From NCBI GenBank assembly GCA_023265685.1, contig JAHFSP010000003.1:759-64758 (forward strand): a stretch of DNA of 64,000 bases. The letters are read 5' to 3'. This DNA comes from Candidatus Woesearchaeota archaeon (GTDB taxonomy: Archaea; Nanobdellota; Nanobdellia; Woesearchaeales; GW2011-AR9). Position 1 is the first letter of the stretch; each line of letters begins with the position of its first letter. Under the pieces are notes generated by a model that worked only from the letters and a program-made list of their open reading frames with translations, did no database searches and was not told the origin of the DNA. The position numbers and the translations under genes were made by a program. This document shows, piece after piece, positions 45,580 to 55,157 of the stretch.

Positions 45580-47042
45580 ACGTGGCTACTACTAAAACCC
45601 TGTCGAAAACAACACCAGAACAGAACATCAAGAAAGAAAAGATACATGAACAGAAGAGAGTCGTTGATGCAGCTCGAGCACTTTATGACCCATCAGATAA
45701 ACATAAAGCACGTATTACGGCCAAAGCAGGGATTAACCGTAACGTTGTCGAGTTGATTTCTCGTACTAAAAATGAACCGTCATGGATGTTACAAAAGAGA
45801 TTGAAAGCGTTGGAGTTTTTTGAGAAAACGGCAATACCAGGATGGGGACCGGATCTTAGTGGTTTAGATTTGCAGAAGATTGTCTATTTTGTTGATCCTA
45901 ATGCTACAGAGAGTGATTCGTGGAATGATGTGCCTGCTGAGATTAAGAATACATTTGATCGTCTGGGAATTCCGGAAGCGGAGAAAACGGTTCTGGGTGG
46001 AACAGGTGCCCAATATGATTCGAGTATGGTTTATCATAATTTGCAAAAATCTCTCAAGGAGAAAGGAGTCATTTTTGAAAACATGGACACGGCATTGCGG
46101 ATGTATCCAGAGATGGTGCAGAAATATTTCATGACGAATTGTATCCCTATTACTGATCATAAATTTATCATGCTTCATGCAGCTGTGTGGAGTGGTGGTA
46201 CATTCATCTATGTCCCAAAAGGAGTTGTTGTTGATCTGCCTCTTCAAGCTTATTTTAGGATGAATGCACAGCGCGGAGGACAGTTTGAACATACGTTGAT
46301 TGTTGTTGATGAAGGGGCAGAATTGCATTATATTGAAGGCTGTTCTTCTCCTCGCTATCAACAAAGTTCATTGCATGCTGGTTGTGTTGAAATTCATGTT
46401 ATGGCTGGAGCAAAAATGCGTTATACTTCTATTGAAAATTGGAGTAAGAATGTTTTCAATCTTAATACTAAGCGAGCATTAGTTCATGCGAATGCTACTA
46501 TGACTTGGGTGAATGGGAATATGGGAAGTGCACGTACGATGTTGTATCCTTCTTCGATTTTAATTGGTGAGAGAGCGCATAGTGAGAGTGTAGGAATTGC
46601 ATTTGCCGGTGAAGGACAAAATCAAGACACAGGGACGAAGATGATTCATGTTGCGTCGCATACTACTTCCCTAATTAAATCAAAAAGCATTAGTAAAGAC
46701 GGAGGAGTTGCATCGTATCGGGGATTGGTTCGTATAACGCCGAGTGCTGCACACTGTAAAGCACGGGTTGAATGTGACGCGCTCATGCTTGATGCAAAAT
46801 CCGTTTCTAATACGTATCCGTTTATGAAAATTGATAATAGTACGGCAAAAGTAAGTCATGAAGCAAGTGTAGGGCGAATTGGTGATGAACAATTATTTTA
46901 TCTCATGTCGCGAGGGCTGAGTTCACATGATGCTGTGAAAATGATTGTAAGTGGGTTTATTGCGCCAGTGATTAAGGCTCTCCCGCTGGAATATGCTGTT
47001 GAGTTGAATAAATTAATTGAACTTGAAGTAGAGGGGATGTAG
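45570..47042 (+). CDS. sufB: Fe-S cluster assembly protein SufB
   Basis: EPSWMLQKRLKALEFF, FENMDTALRMYPEMVQKYF and SHEASVGRIGDEQLFYLMSRGL. The start is uncertain (GTG at 45570 or 45582). Confidence 0.9.
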   Translation: MCLNVATTKTLSKTTPEQNIKKEKIHEQKRVVDAARALYDPSDKHKARITAKAGINRNVVELISRTKNEPSWMLQKRLKALEFFEKTAIPGWGPDLSGLDLQKIVYFVDPNATESDSWNDVPAEIKNTFDRLGIPEAEKTVLGGTGAQYDSSMVYHNLQKSLKEKGVIFENMDTALRMYPEMVQKYFMTNCIPITDHKFIMLHAAVWSGGTFIYVPKGVVVDLPLQAYFRMNAQRGGQFEHTLIVVDEGAELHYIEGCSSPRYQQSSLHAGCVEIHVMAGAKMRYTSIENWSKNVFNLNTKRALVHANATMTWVNGNMGSARTMLYPSSILIGERAHSESVGIAFAGEGQNQDTGTKMIHVASHTTSLIKSKSISKDGGVASYRGLVRITPSAAHCKARVECDALMLDAKSVSNTYPFMKIDNSTAKVSHEASVGRIGDEQLFYLMSRGLSSHDAVKMIVSGFIAPVIKALPLEYAVELNKLIELEVEGM

Positions 47043-47966
47043 ATGGTTGCGACAGCTAATTCGACGAAGAATTTTGATAAGAACTCTGATAAGAACGTTG
47101 ACAAGAAAGCTGATGTTGCTCGTTTTGATAAGAAAGTGTACGGATTGGGAATTCGCAGCAGAATGGAAGGAATTGATCCGATTTTATTCGATACTGCGAT
47201 TGAGCCTATTGTTAAGGTTAATGGAGAGTTTAGCAGGATTAAAACAATTCTTAGTAAAAGTCAGAAATACACCGTTACTCTTAGTCTTGAACAACGACCA
47301 GCGCAAGGAAAACACACTTTAGTTGTAAAGTCAGGTAAAGAGGTTGTTATTGAAATTCTGGAAGAAGTAAATGGGAAAGGATTAGCATTTGATTGGGAGG
47401 TTATGATTGAGAAAGGAGCAAAAGCAACCATAGGTAGAACTATCTATGCACATAGCGCTTCGGTTTTCACGACGTTACGGATGCAGATGCAACCAAATAC
47501 AAATGTGGTGTTTGAAGAGATAATTAGGGAAGGTAATTTTGTACGTAATCAGACGATGAGTTTTTTAGATGAAAACGCAACGTTAACTCACACGACTTTA
47601 TTTCATACGACTCATGAACATGAAATTGCCGCAAGTGCGCACGTCGCAGGACGAGAGAGCACTGTTTCACTTATTGCACGAGGAGTTGTCGAAGAAAATG
47701 CAAAAGGATTGTTCTTAGGAGAGCTAAAAATTATGAAGAATGCGGTTCACTGTCAAGCACATCAAAAATCAGAGATTCTGCTTTTGTCACAACAATCTAT
47801 TGGTGAAGCAGTACCCATTCTGGAAGTAGAAAATAATGATGTGATCTGTAGTCATAGTGCCACGGTCTCACAGATTGACGAGGAGATACTATTTTATCTT
47901 CAAAGTAGAGGTATTGGACATGAACCTGCAAAAAAAATGATAACCGAGGGATTTTTGCGACCCTAG
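47043..47966 (+). CDS. sufD: Fe-S cluster assembly protein SufD (short form)
   Basis: C-terminal SHSATVSQIDEEILFYLQSRGI matches the SufB/D beta-helix family. It immediately follows sufB. Confidence 0.8.
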   Translation: MVATANSTKNFDKNSDKNVDKKADVARFDKKVYGLGIRSRMEGIDPILFDTAIEPIVKVNGEFSRIKTILSKSQKYTVTLSLEQRPAQGKHTLVVKSGKEVVIEILEEVNGKGLAFDWEVMIEKGAKATIGRTIYAHSASVFTTLRMQMQPNTNVVFEEIIREGNFVRNQTMSFLDENATLTHTTLFHTTHEHEIAASAHVAGRESTVSLIARGVVEENAKGLFLGELKIMKNAVHCQAHQKSEILLLSQQSIGEAVPILEVENNDVICSHSATVSQIDEEILFYLQSRGIGHEPAKKMITEGFLRP

Positions 47967-47967
47967 A

Positions 47968-49266
47968 GTGTATACAATGAATGTTAAACTATTAAAACAA
48001 GGCACACAACGCGCACTGGTACTTGGAAAAGATTTCCCATTATTAGTTCGAAAAGGAGACACTGGGAAGGAAAAATTAGTTTATTTAGATAATGCTGCGA
48101 CAACTCAAAAGCCTGTGGCTGTTATTAGCGCAATGAATGAGTATTATACTCGCTATACATCAAATGTTCATCGAGGGATTTATCCACTTGCGGAGAAGGC
48201 AACAGAGGAGTATGAGAACGCTCGATTGAAAGTAGCGTCGTTTATTAACGCTGATGCGCGCGAAACAATTTTTACCAGTGGTACAACTGAGAGTATTAAT
48301 GTTATTGCACGAGCACTTGAACCAATGATAAAGAAAGGAGATGAGATTGTGCTTACTGTTCTTGAGCATCATAGTAATCTTGTTCCTTGGCAAGAGTTGG
48401 CTAAACGACGTGGTGCACATCTGAAGTATATTGGATTAACTAAAAATCAGAAACTTGATCTGAGCATGGCACGAAAATTAATTGGGACTAAAACAAAGGT
48501 TGTCGCTTTTACATTGGTATCAAATGTATTGGGAACTGTGAGTCCGGCTCAAGAATTAATTGGCTTAGCTCGAAAAGTGAAAGCCTATAGCGTGGTTGAT
48601 GCTGCACAGGCAGTAAGTCATTATCCTCTTGATGTGAAAGAATTAAAATGTGATTTTTTAGCTTTTTCTGGACATAAAATGTTTGGCCCAACAGGGATTG
48701 GGGTATTGTATGGTCGCAAGGAATTACTTGAGAGCTTGACTCCGGTTTTATTTGGAGGAGAGATGATTAGTGATGTAAGTCTACAAGGGGCAACTTGGAA
48801 TGAATTACCATGGAAATGGGAAGCAGGCACACCTAAAATTGCTGAGGCGATCGGGTTAGGAGCTGCTGTTGAATATATTAAGAATACAGTGCGTGTAAAA
48901 GTAAGGGGAAGTGTTGATATGGAAGAATATCTGCACGAATTGTTTTTGTATGCTCGGGTGAAAATGGTAACGGTTAAAGGCTTAGAGATCATTAATACAA
49001 AACAAGAAGAGAAATTATTGAACACAAAGCAAGCGCCGATTATTACTTTCACAATGGGAGACATTCATCCCCACGATATTGCTGAAATAGTAAGTCGATT
49101 TGGAGTGTGTATTCGGGCAGGACATCATTGTGCAAAGCCTCTCCATCACATTTTGGGAGTTAGCTCAACTGCACGGGTTTCACTCTCTGTTTATAATACA
49201 CCTCGGGATATTGATTGTTTGGTTGTTGCTTTGGAAAAAGTTCGCAAGGTGTTTTCACATGGGTAA
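47968..49266 (+). CDS. sufS: Cysteine desulfurase SufS (class II aminotransferase V)
   Basis: YLDNAATTQKP, FSGHKMFGPTGIG (PLP Lys) and RAGHHCAKPL (catalytic Cys loop). Confidence 0.9.
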   Translation: MYTMNVKLLKQGTQRALVLGKDFPLLVRKGDTGKEKLVYLDNAATTQKPVAVISAMNEYYTRYTSNVHRGIYPLAEKATEEYENARLKVASFINADARETIFTSGTTESINVIARALEPMIKKGDEIVLTVLEHHSNLVPWQELAKRRGAHLKYIGLTKNQKLDLSMARKLIGTKTKVVAFTLVSNVLGTVSPAQELIGLARKVKAYSVVDAAQAVSHYPLDVKELKCDFLAFSGHKMFGPTGIGVLYGRKELLESLTPVLFGGEMISDVSLQGATWNELPWKWEAGTPKIAEAIGLGAAVEYIKNTVRVKVRGSVDMEEYLHELFLYARVKMVTVKGLEIINTKQEEKLLNTKQAPIITFTMGDIHPHDIAEIVSRFGVCIRAGHHCAKPLHHILGVSSTARVSLSVYNTPRDIDCLVVALEKVRKVFSHG

Positions 49267-49780
49267 CACTAAACATATTTCTAACATTATGGATGAAGAA
49301 CTTTATCAAGAACAAATCTTAGATCATTATCGTCATCCTCGTCATAAGAAAGTGATGGAAGGTGCTACCTGTAAAGCCCAGGGGAATAATCCAATGTGTG
49401 GTGATGAACTTACAGTGTTTATTGATATTGTTGGCGATACAAATGATGTTATTGGTGGTACAAAGGGAGGTAAAAGAAATAAGAATAGAGTGAATCAACT
49501 TACGTTTACAGGCCATGGTTGTGCAATTAGTCAGGCTGCAGCATCATTAGTTATTGAATCTTTACAGGGTAAGACAATAGAAGTAATCAAAAAGTTGCAA
49601 GACAAAGAGGTTTTGGGATTACTGGGTATCCCAATCACTGCAACACGTATGAAATGTGCGTTGTTGATCTATAAGACTCTTCAGCAAGGAGTTAAGAAGT
49701 ATGAAAGTGAAAACAAGGGTAGTAAAAATGCAAACACACAAAAGCAAACTAAAACAAAGATCAAAGTTGGAAAAAACTAA
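49259..49780 (+). CDS. sufU: SufU/IscU-like sulfur-transfer scaffold with an internal insertion and a Lys-rich tail
   Basis: LYQEQILDHYRHPRHKK, NPMCGDELTVF, GHGCAISQAAAS and RMKCALL. ATG at 49259 overlaps the sufS end. Confidence 0.8.
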   Translation: MGNTKHISNIMDEELYQEQILDHYRHPRHKKVMEGATCKAQGNNPMCGDELTVFIDIVGDTNDVIGGTKGGKRNKNRVNQLTFTGHGCAISQAAASLVIESLQGKTIEVIKKLQDKEVLGLLGIPITATRMKCALLIYKTLQQGVKKYESENKGSKNANTQKQTKTKIKVGKN

Positions 49781-49796
49781 AAAAACTACATTACAA

Positions 49797-50639
49797 ATGG
49801 CATCTAAAACAAAAAAATCTACGTTGAGTTCTACATTAAATGTAGAGCGTCTGGTAGTAGAGAGAGAAGGTAAAAAACTACTTAAAGAAATAACCTTGCA
49901 ATTTGAACTGGGTAAGACCTATGCTCTTATGGGCCCAAATGGAGCTGGTAAAAGCACCCTGCTTTATACTCTGATGGGACATCCTGGATGTAAAGTTGTG
50001 GGTGGAAGAATTCTGCTTGATGGGAAAAATATTACTACTACTTCAGCTGATGAGCGGTCTCGATTAGGTTTATTTTTGTCATTTCAAAATCCGGTGGAAG
50101 TTCCCGGCGTGCGATTAAGTCATTTTTTACGAACAGTGGTGAATGCACAACGAGAGAGCCGTGGTGAGAAAGCATTGAGTGTGCCGGATTTTTCTTTGCT
50201 GCTTAAAGAGAAGCTTACTGATTTGGGATTAGATGAGACGTTTACTAAGCGTTCTCTTAATGAGGGGTTTTCTGGTGGAGAGAAGAAGCGTGCGGAAATT
50301 TTACAACTGGCGTTACTGGAGCCGCGTTATGCGTTTCTTGATGAGACGGACTCTGGTCTTGATGTTGATGGTATGAAGACGGTGGCGGGAGCACTTGCAC
50401 GATTACAGAAAAAAACGGGAATGACAATTATCATTGTAACACACTACAAACGCTTTTTAGATTATTTGAAACCTGATCAGGTGTATGTTTTACATGAAGG
50501 TAAAGTTGTGGATGAAGGCGGAGCGGAACTGGTTGATAAGATTGATCGAGAAGGTTTTGGGAAGAAAGAGAGTTCTGGTGTTGCGAAGAGCAGTAATAGT
50601 AAGCTTGGAAAAAGCATTGTCGGAAAGGTGAAACGATGA
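49797..50639 (+). CDS. sufC: Fe-S cluster assembly ATPase SufC
   Basis: Walker A GPNGAGKST, LNEGFSGGEKKR and FLDETDSGLD. Confidence 0.9.
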   Translation: MASKTKKSTLSSTLNVERLVVEREGKKLLKEITLQFELGKTYALMGPNGAGKSTLLYTLMGHPGCKVVGGRILLDGKNITTTSADERSRLGLFLSFQNPVEVPGVRLSHFLRTVVNAQRESRGEKALSVPDFSLLLKEKLTDLGLDETFTKRSLNEGFSGGEKKRAEILQLALLEPRYAFLDETDSGLDVDGMKTVAGALARLQKKTGMTIIIVTHYKRFLDYLKPDQVYVLHEGKVVDEGGAELVDKIDREGFGKKESSGVAKSSNSKLGKSIVGKVKR

Positions 50640-50920
50640 TTACACAAGAAGAATTAATCAATGTTTTAAAATCTGTGGAAGATCCTGAGATTCATCTTGA
50701 TGTTTGGACACTGGGTTTGATTTATGATACCAAGATTTCGAAAGATAGTGTGAAAATTTTAATGACGTTTACGTCTCCCTTCTGTCCATATGGCCCACAG
50801 CTGCTTGAGGAGATGCAGGAAAAGATCGAAGATAAAGGTGTGAAAAAGGTTGATATAGAGGTTACATTTGATCCGCCGTGGCAGCCTAGCGAGGAGTTGA
50901 GGGAGATGTTGGGGTTGTAA
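50636..50920 (+). CDS. sufT: DUF59/MIP18-family Fe-S assembly protein (SufT-like)
   Basis: VEDPEIHLDVWTLGLIYD...TFTSPFCPYG. Confidence 0.8.
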   Translation: MITQEELINVLKSVEDPEIHLDVWTLGLIYDTKISKDSVKILMTFTSPFCPYGPQLLEEMQEKIEDKGVKKVDIEVTFDPPWQPSEELREMLGL

Positions 50921-51091
50921 TTTTATTTACTTCTTTTAATTAGTAAATTGAGAGGGGAATGAAGCACTCTTTTATGGCATCGACGATATTTTTATTTAAA
51001 ACAAAAATGTTGCCACTTCCTACCACTTCTTACCGAGATCAGTTTGATATAATCTGGAAAAATGCATTAACCAACCCCAAAAGATGAAGAA

Positions 51092-51411
51092 CTAAATCCC
51101 TAAATATTTCCTTTTCTCATCATAATATTTATGCTTGTCAAGAAACAACTCGATAAAATAACCACCCTTATGCTTTGTTAAGATACCCGAAGCATATTGT
51201 CGCTAGACTTATAGATAAAAGCTATCTGATCTCGATAGTTTTTACATGGTTCTGGACGCTCTTTTCCATCATGACACTGATTAATCCAGGTGAGAATGGA
51301 ATTAACTCTTTCCAAAGATAAGCTTGGAATGATCTTGTTAAAATGCCCATCAAATGAGACGTTATTTGCTAAAATCTCTTCAACTTTTATTTTAAAATCG
51401 TGGCTTTCCAA
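51092..51411 (-). pseudogene. Cassette copy 2 small protein, interrupted by a frameshift near codon 77
   Basis: The ORF 51178-51411 ends ...NMLRVS*. The conserved tail LTKHKGGYFIELFLDKHKYYDEKRKYLGI* continues in another frame to 51092. Compare copy 1: SNVRAVLTKKKEGYFLALFLDKHKYYDEE. Confidence 0.55.
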
Positions 51412-52279
51412 TATTAAGCACCTCTCTAAGAGTGTCGATCATGTAGTTATAATGCACCACGTAAGCAGGATACTGCAGGGCAAGATCGGTGTAAGAGTTA
51501 ATCAGGTCTCGCATAGTTTTCTGTGTTTGTTGTACGTTTGGATGGAGTAGAATGGATTGAACAAAAATGTATCTTGTGAACATTTTTGCATCAGCATGAA
51601 GGATAGTATTAATCGTTTTGTGGAGTTCTCGCGAATCTGGAATAGGGCGAGCGCTTACTAGTGCTGCGTGGAGCAAAAAATCACGAAGGGTTGATTTGAC
51701 CGAATGGGGATGTTTATCTAGATCAAAGCATAATTCTTGATAAAGAGCGATGAATGCGTCAGGATTAGGAGACAGAGACGACTGATTCAACTCTATTTTT
51801 TGATTCGAAACACAAAGCTTAGCAAGACTTGCAAAAAGAAGGCTAGAGTAAACAGAAGGTTTTAGAAAAGTAATATGAAATTTCCCCTCTTTATGATCCT
51901 CTTTTTCGTACTTTGAAACAACAAAGATATCAATATCATTAAACATAGTTGTGTAAAGAAAACTCCCACCAATAATAATGTGTTTGCCCCTAAAACGACG
52001 AGCAAATTTTTTGAGATAAGTGATAGCGAGTTTCTTTCTTACTGCAAGTGTTTTTTCCTCTCCGTAAACGTATAGATTATTATTTTCGTGATGAAAATGT
52101 GACAAAATACGTAACTTTTTAGAGATAGAACGGGAGAACTCTACTTTTTCGGATGCTTGAAAATACGCCCCCTTTGCTTTTTTTTCTATCAGGTCCATCT
52201 GATGCGATGTGAAAACATACGGTACTGCTTCCTCTCGCAGAAATTTGATCTCTTTTGTAGCAAACGAATATTTCACCAT
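51392..52279 (-). CDS. HTH-like + nucleotidyltransferase + helical-domain protein (cassette copy 2)
   Basis: HIIIGGSFLYTTMFNDIDIFVVSKYEKEDHKEGKFHITFLKP...LLFASLAKLCVSN aligns block by block with 27900-28754. Confidence 0.7.
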   Translation of the reverse strand: MVKYSFATKEIKFLREEAVPYVFTSHQMDLIEKKAKGAYFQASEKVEFSRSISKKLRILSHFHHENNNLYVYGEEKTLAVRKKLAITYLKKFARRFRGKHIIIGGSFLYTTMFNDIDIFVVSKYEKEDHKEGKFHITFLKPSVYSSLLFASLAKLCVSNQKIELNQSSLSPNPDAFIALYQELCFDLDKHPHSVKSTLRDFLLHAALVSARPIPDSRELHKTINTILHADAKMFTRYIFVQSILLHPNVQQTQKTMRDLINSYTDLALQYPAYVVHYNYMIDTLREVLNIGKPRF

Positions 52280-52395
52280 AATTATACATTAAAGTATAAC
52301 TTTGTTTAAATAATTTTTGTTTAAACCATAGCAAAAAAAATTACGCTACCTTTTTAAACCTCGTTTCATTCATTCTCTTCAAAAAGAGGAGATAG

Positions 52396-54561
52396 ATGGA
52401 CGAGCGAGAATATCAAGATTTGTTGCAGCGCTATAAGAAAAAGGTGGCGGATGAGTTTGGTGAAGGTGCTGCGGCTCCCAAAAATATTAGTTCTAAGGAA
52501 TATACTCAATTTAAACAGGAAATTTATCCTGCTCGATATTCATTATATGAGAAAGCATGTAATGTTGCTGAGGGTATTCTTCATCTTTCTGTTGATCCTA
52601 AAACAGCCGTGAAATATCAAAAAAATATCGACATGTGTCATCTAAGTGTAACCCCTTCGGGAGTTATATCTTTGGCGTATTTGCTGCCTTTATTTGTGAT
52701 TATTTTTGGAGCGCTGGGTTCCTATGCTCTCTTCCATTTGCCATTTTTTATCGTCTTTTTTTTGATTTTAGGAGTAATCATGATTCCTACATTACAAAAG
52801 ATTCCAGAATTTATGGCGAATACGTGGCGAATGAAAGCGTCTAACCAGATGGTTCAGTCGATTTTTTACATGGTGACGTATATGCGTCATACCTCAAACT
52901 TGGAGCGAGCTATTGGTTTTGCAGCAGATCATCTTGAGCCACCTCTTTCTCTTGATTTTCGTAAGATTTTGTGGGATGTGGAAACCCAGCAATATAGCAC
53001 AATTCGTGATTCCGCAAATGTGTATTTGGAAAAATGGCAAGATATTGAGAAAGATTTTATTGAGTCGTTTCATTTAGTGGAATCATCGTTGTTTGAGGGA
53101 TCTGAGGAGCGTCGTTTGGCGTTGTTGGATAAAGGTTTAGATGTTATTTTAGATGGAACCTATGAAAATATGTTGCATTATGCCCACGATCTTAAATCTC
53201 CGATGACCATGTTGCATATGTTAGGGGTTATTCTTCCAATTTTAGGTTTAGTTGTGTTGCCACTGGTGGTTACATTTATTAGTAGTAGTTCGCCGTTTGT
53301 CACGGCGTTGTACATCTCGATGCTCTATAACGTGAGTTTGCCTTTAGGAGTATATTATCTGGGAAAAAAGATTTTAGCAAAACGTCCTGCTGGATATGGG
53401 GCCGCTGATATTAGTGAGAAAGAAGGGGTTCAGAGGTTTGGCATGGTGCGTCTTTCTCTTTCAAAGAATGTGAATGTTGCAGTTAATCCTCTTTATTTTA
53501 GTATAATGATTGGTCTGGTTGCGCTTCTGATTGGTTGTAGTCCATTGATTATTCATTCTTTGAATCCCGATTTCGAGATTCCATTAGGAGATAAATTGAG
53601 TTTTATGGATTATGTTTGTCCACCTAATGAAACATGTCCTCCAACGGATAAGTATGGGCCTTATGGGATTGGTGCGTCGCTGTTATCGCTGGTGGTTATT
53701 GCTGGATTAGGTGGAGCCTGGGGGTTGTATTATTCGCTGCGATCGAAAAATGTGATTGAAATTCGAGAGAAGACAAAATCACTTGAAGAAGAATTTTCCT
53801 CGGCTCTTTTTCAATTAGGAAATCGATTAGGGGATGGTTTACCTGCTGAGATTGCCTTTGCGAAAGTTGCTCAGACGATGCAAGGAACGACCTCTGGTGA
53901 ATTTTTTGCCATTGCTGAGCATAATATGACTCGATTAGGAATGGGTTTAGAACAAGCTATTTTTGATCCGCATGTTGGATCACTGCGTAATTTTCCTTCT
54001 AATGTTATTGAATCTTCGATGAAAGTGTTGATCGAGAGCGTACGCAAGGGACCGCGTATTGCAGCACAAGCATTATTGTCGATGTCACGTTATATTAAAG
54101 AGATTCATCGAGTTGAAGAGAGGTTGAAAGACCTCATGGAAGATGTTATTTCTTCAATGAAAGCACAGACAAAAGTTTTGACTCCTGCAATCGCAGGAAT
54201 TGTTGTGGGCATTACGTCGATGATTTCGACGATACTTACTAAACTGAGCGCTCAATTGACGACGTTTGCAGGTCAGACTGATGCGAGTTCGTTTAGTAGT
54301 ATTTTGACACTATTTGGTGTGGGTATTCCTACGTTTCATTTCCAGATTGTAGTAGGAGTGTATATTGTTCAGATTGCCTATATCTTGACAATTCTGACAA
54401 GCGGTATTGAGAATGGTGCCGATAAGCTAGGAGAGAGATTTATGCTAGGGAAGAATTTAATTGGGAGTACATTGCTTTACTGTTTTATTGCAGGCGTGGT
54501 AATGTTATTGTTTAGCCTGTTTGCAAACGTGATTATTTCAAATTCAGGAATTGGATTGTAG
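52396..54561 (+). CDS. Large polytopic membrane protein with two T2SS-F (PilC/FlaJ/TadC)-like cytoplasmic domains
   Basis: Two helical soluble segments (…NLERAIGFAADHLEPPLSLDFRKILWDVE… and …LGDGLPAEIAFAKVAQTMQGTTSGEFFAIAEHNMTRLGMGLEQAI…) are each followed by TM bundles. The assignment is by pattern only. Confidence 0.5.
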   Translation: MDEREYQDLLQRYKKKVADEFGEGAAAPKNISSKEYTQFKQEIYPARYSLYEKACNVAEGILHLSVDPKTAVKYQKNIDMCHLSVTPSGVISLAYLLPLFVIIFGALGSYALFHLPFFIVFFLILGVIMIPTLQKIPEFMANTWRMKASNQMVQSIFYMVTYMRHTSNLERAIGFAADHLEPPLSLDFRKILWDVETQQYSTIRDSANVYLEKWQDIEKDFIESFHLVESSLFEGSEERRLALLDKGLDVILDGTYENMLHYAHDLKSPMTMLHMLGVILPILGLVVLPLVVTFISSSSPFVTALYISMLYNVSLPLGVYYLGKKILAKRPAGYGAADISEKEGVQRFGMVRLSLSKNVNVAVNPLYFSIMIGLVALLIGCSPLIIHSLNPDFEIPLGDKLSFMDYVCPPNETCPPTDKYGPYGIGASLLSLVVIAGLGGAWGLYYSLRSKNVIEIREKTKSLEEEFSSALFQLGNRLGDGLPAEIAFAKVAQTMQGTTSGEFFAIAEHNMTRLGMGLEQAIFDPHVGSLRNFPSNVIESSMKVLIESVRKGPRIAAQALLSMSRYIKEIHRVEERLKDLMEDVISSMKAQTKVLTPAIAGIVVGITSMISTILTKLSAQLTTFAGQTDASSFSSILTLFGVGIPTFHFQIVVGVYIVQIAYILTILTSGIENGADKLGERFMLGKNLIGSTLLYCFIAGVVMLLFSLFANVIISNSGIGL

Positions 54562-54581
54562 AATTAGATTGCTGTCAAGGC

Positions 54582-55103
54582 TTAGATTATTTTCTTAACA
54601 GCATTAACATTGTCTATAATGAAATCGGCTTTGACTTTGTCGATACATGATTTTCCCTGACCGGTTTTGACAAGAATAGTTTTTGTCCCGGCATTTTTTC
54701 CTGTTTCAATGTCTTTGTCGGTGTCTCCGATAAAATAGGAATTTGAAATGTCGATGTTGTACTTTTTGGCAGCTTGGAGAACAAAGAATGGTTTTGGTTT
54801 ACGGCATTCGCAGTTGTCTTTTGTTACGTGAGGACAGAAATAGTACGCGGTGATGGGGATAGATTTGGCTCTAAGTTGAGAAACGATATTTTGAAAATAG
54901 CCTTCGACTTGTTGTATTGTTAGTCTTTTTTGAGCAATCCAACCTTGATTGGAAATGAGAAAGAGGAGGTATCCTTGTTGGTGGAGGTAGCGCAGACCAT
55001 CTTCTACGTCGTTGAGAAGGATTTTATCTGAAGGAATCTGATATGGCGATCCAGCATCATCTACAATGGTCCCGTCTTTATCGAGAAAGATGGCTTTGTT
55101 CAT
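54582..55103 (-). CDS. gmhB: HAD-IIIA phosphatase, D,D-heptose 1,7-bisphosphate phosphatase (GmhB)-like
   Basis: FLDKDGTIV (motif I), zinc loop FCPHVTKDNCECRKP and GDTDKDIETG. The start is at MNKAIF. The longer tracked ORF runs antisense through a tRNA. Confidence 0.8.
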   Translation of the reverse strand: MNKAIFLDKDGTIVDDAGSPYQIPSDKILLNDVEDGLRYLHQQGYLLFLISNQGWIAQKRLTIQQVEGYFQNIVSQLRAKSIPITAYYFCPHVTKDNCECRKPKPFFVLQAAKKYNIDISNSYFIGDTDKDIETGKNAGTKTILVKTGQGKSCIDKVKADFIIDNVNAVKKII

Positions 55104-55157
55104 GTTGGTATTGAGTCCACAAACATTTATAAATGATTTCTTGATTTTTGAGCTTGT

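Noticed and set aside
45864-46364. 166-aa minus-strand ORF inside sufB, and similar antisense ORFs (48621-49064 in sufS, 10787-11140 in the ABC ATPase, 12269-12876 in the low-complexity stalk gene, 16891-17172, 32373-32654, and others)
   Set aside because: These are shadow ORFs lying wholly inside well-supported genes on the opposite strand. They have no motifs and low-complexity or odd composition.
49100-49258. Long N-terminal extension of the SufU ORF, and similar 5' extensions from TTG/GTG starts (427-546, 2952-3053, 19524-19652, 35662-35769, 42479-42544, 45088-45165, 49701-49796)
   Set aside because: The extensions overlap upstream genes or promoters and lack homology-like sequence. Internal ATGs are preceded by SD-like or TATA elements and fit the family N-termini.
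51012-51033. Imperfect tandem CCACTTCCTA / CCACTTCTTA downstream of sufT
   Set aside because: Short, imperfect and not repeated elsewhere. Probably chance in an A/T-rich spacer.
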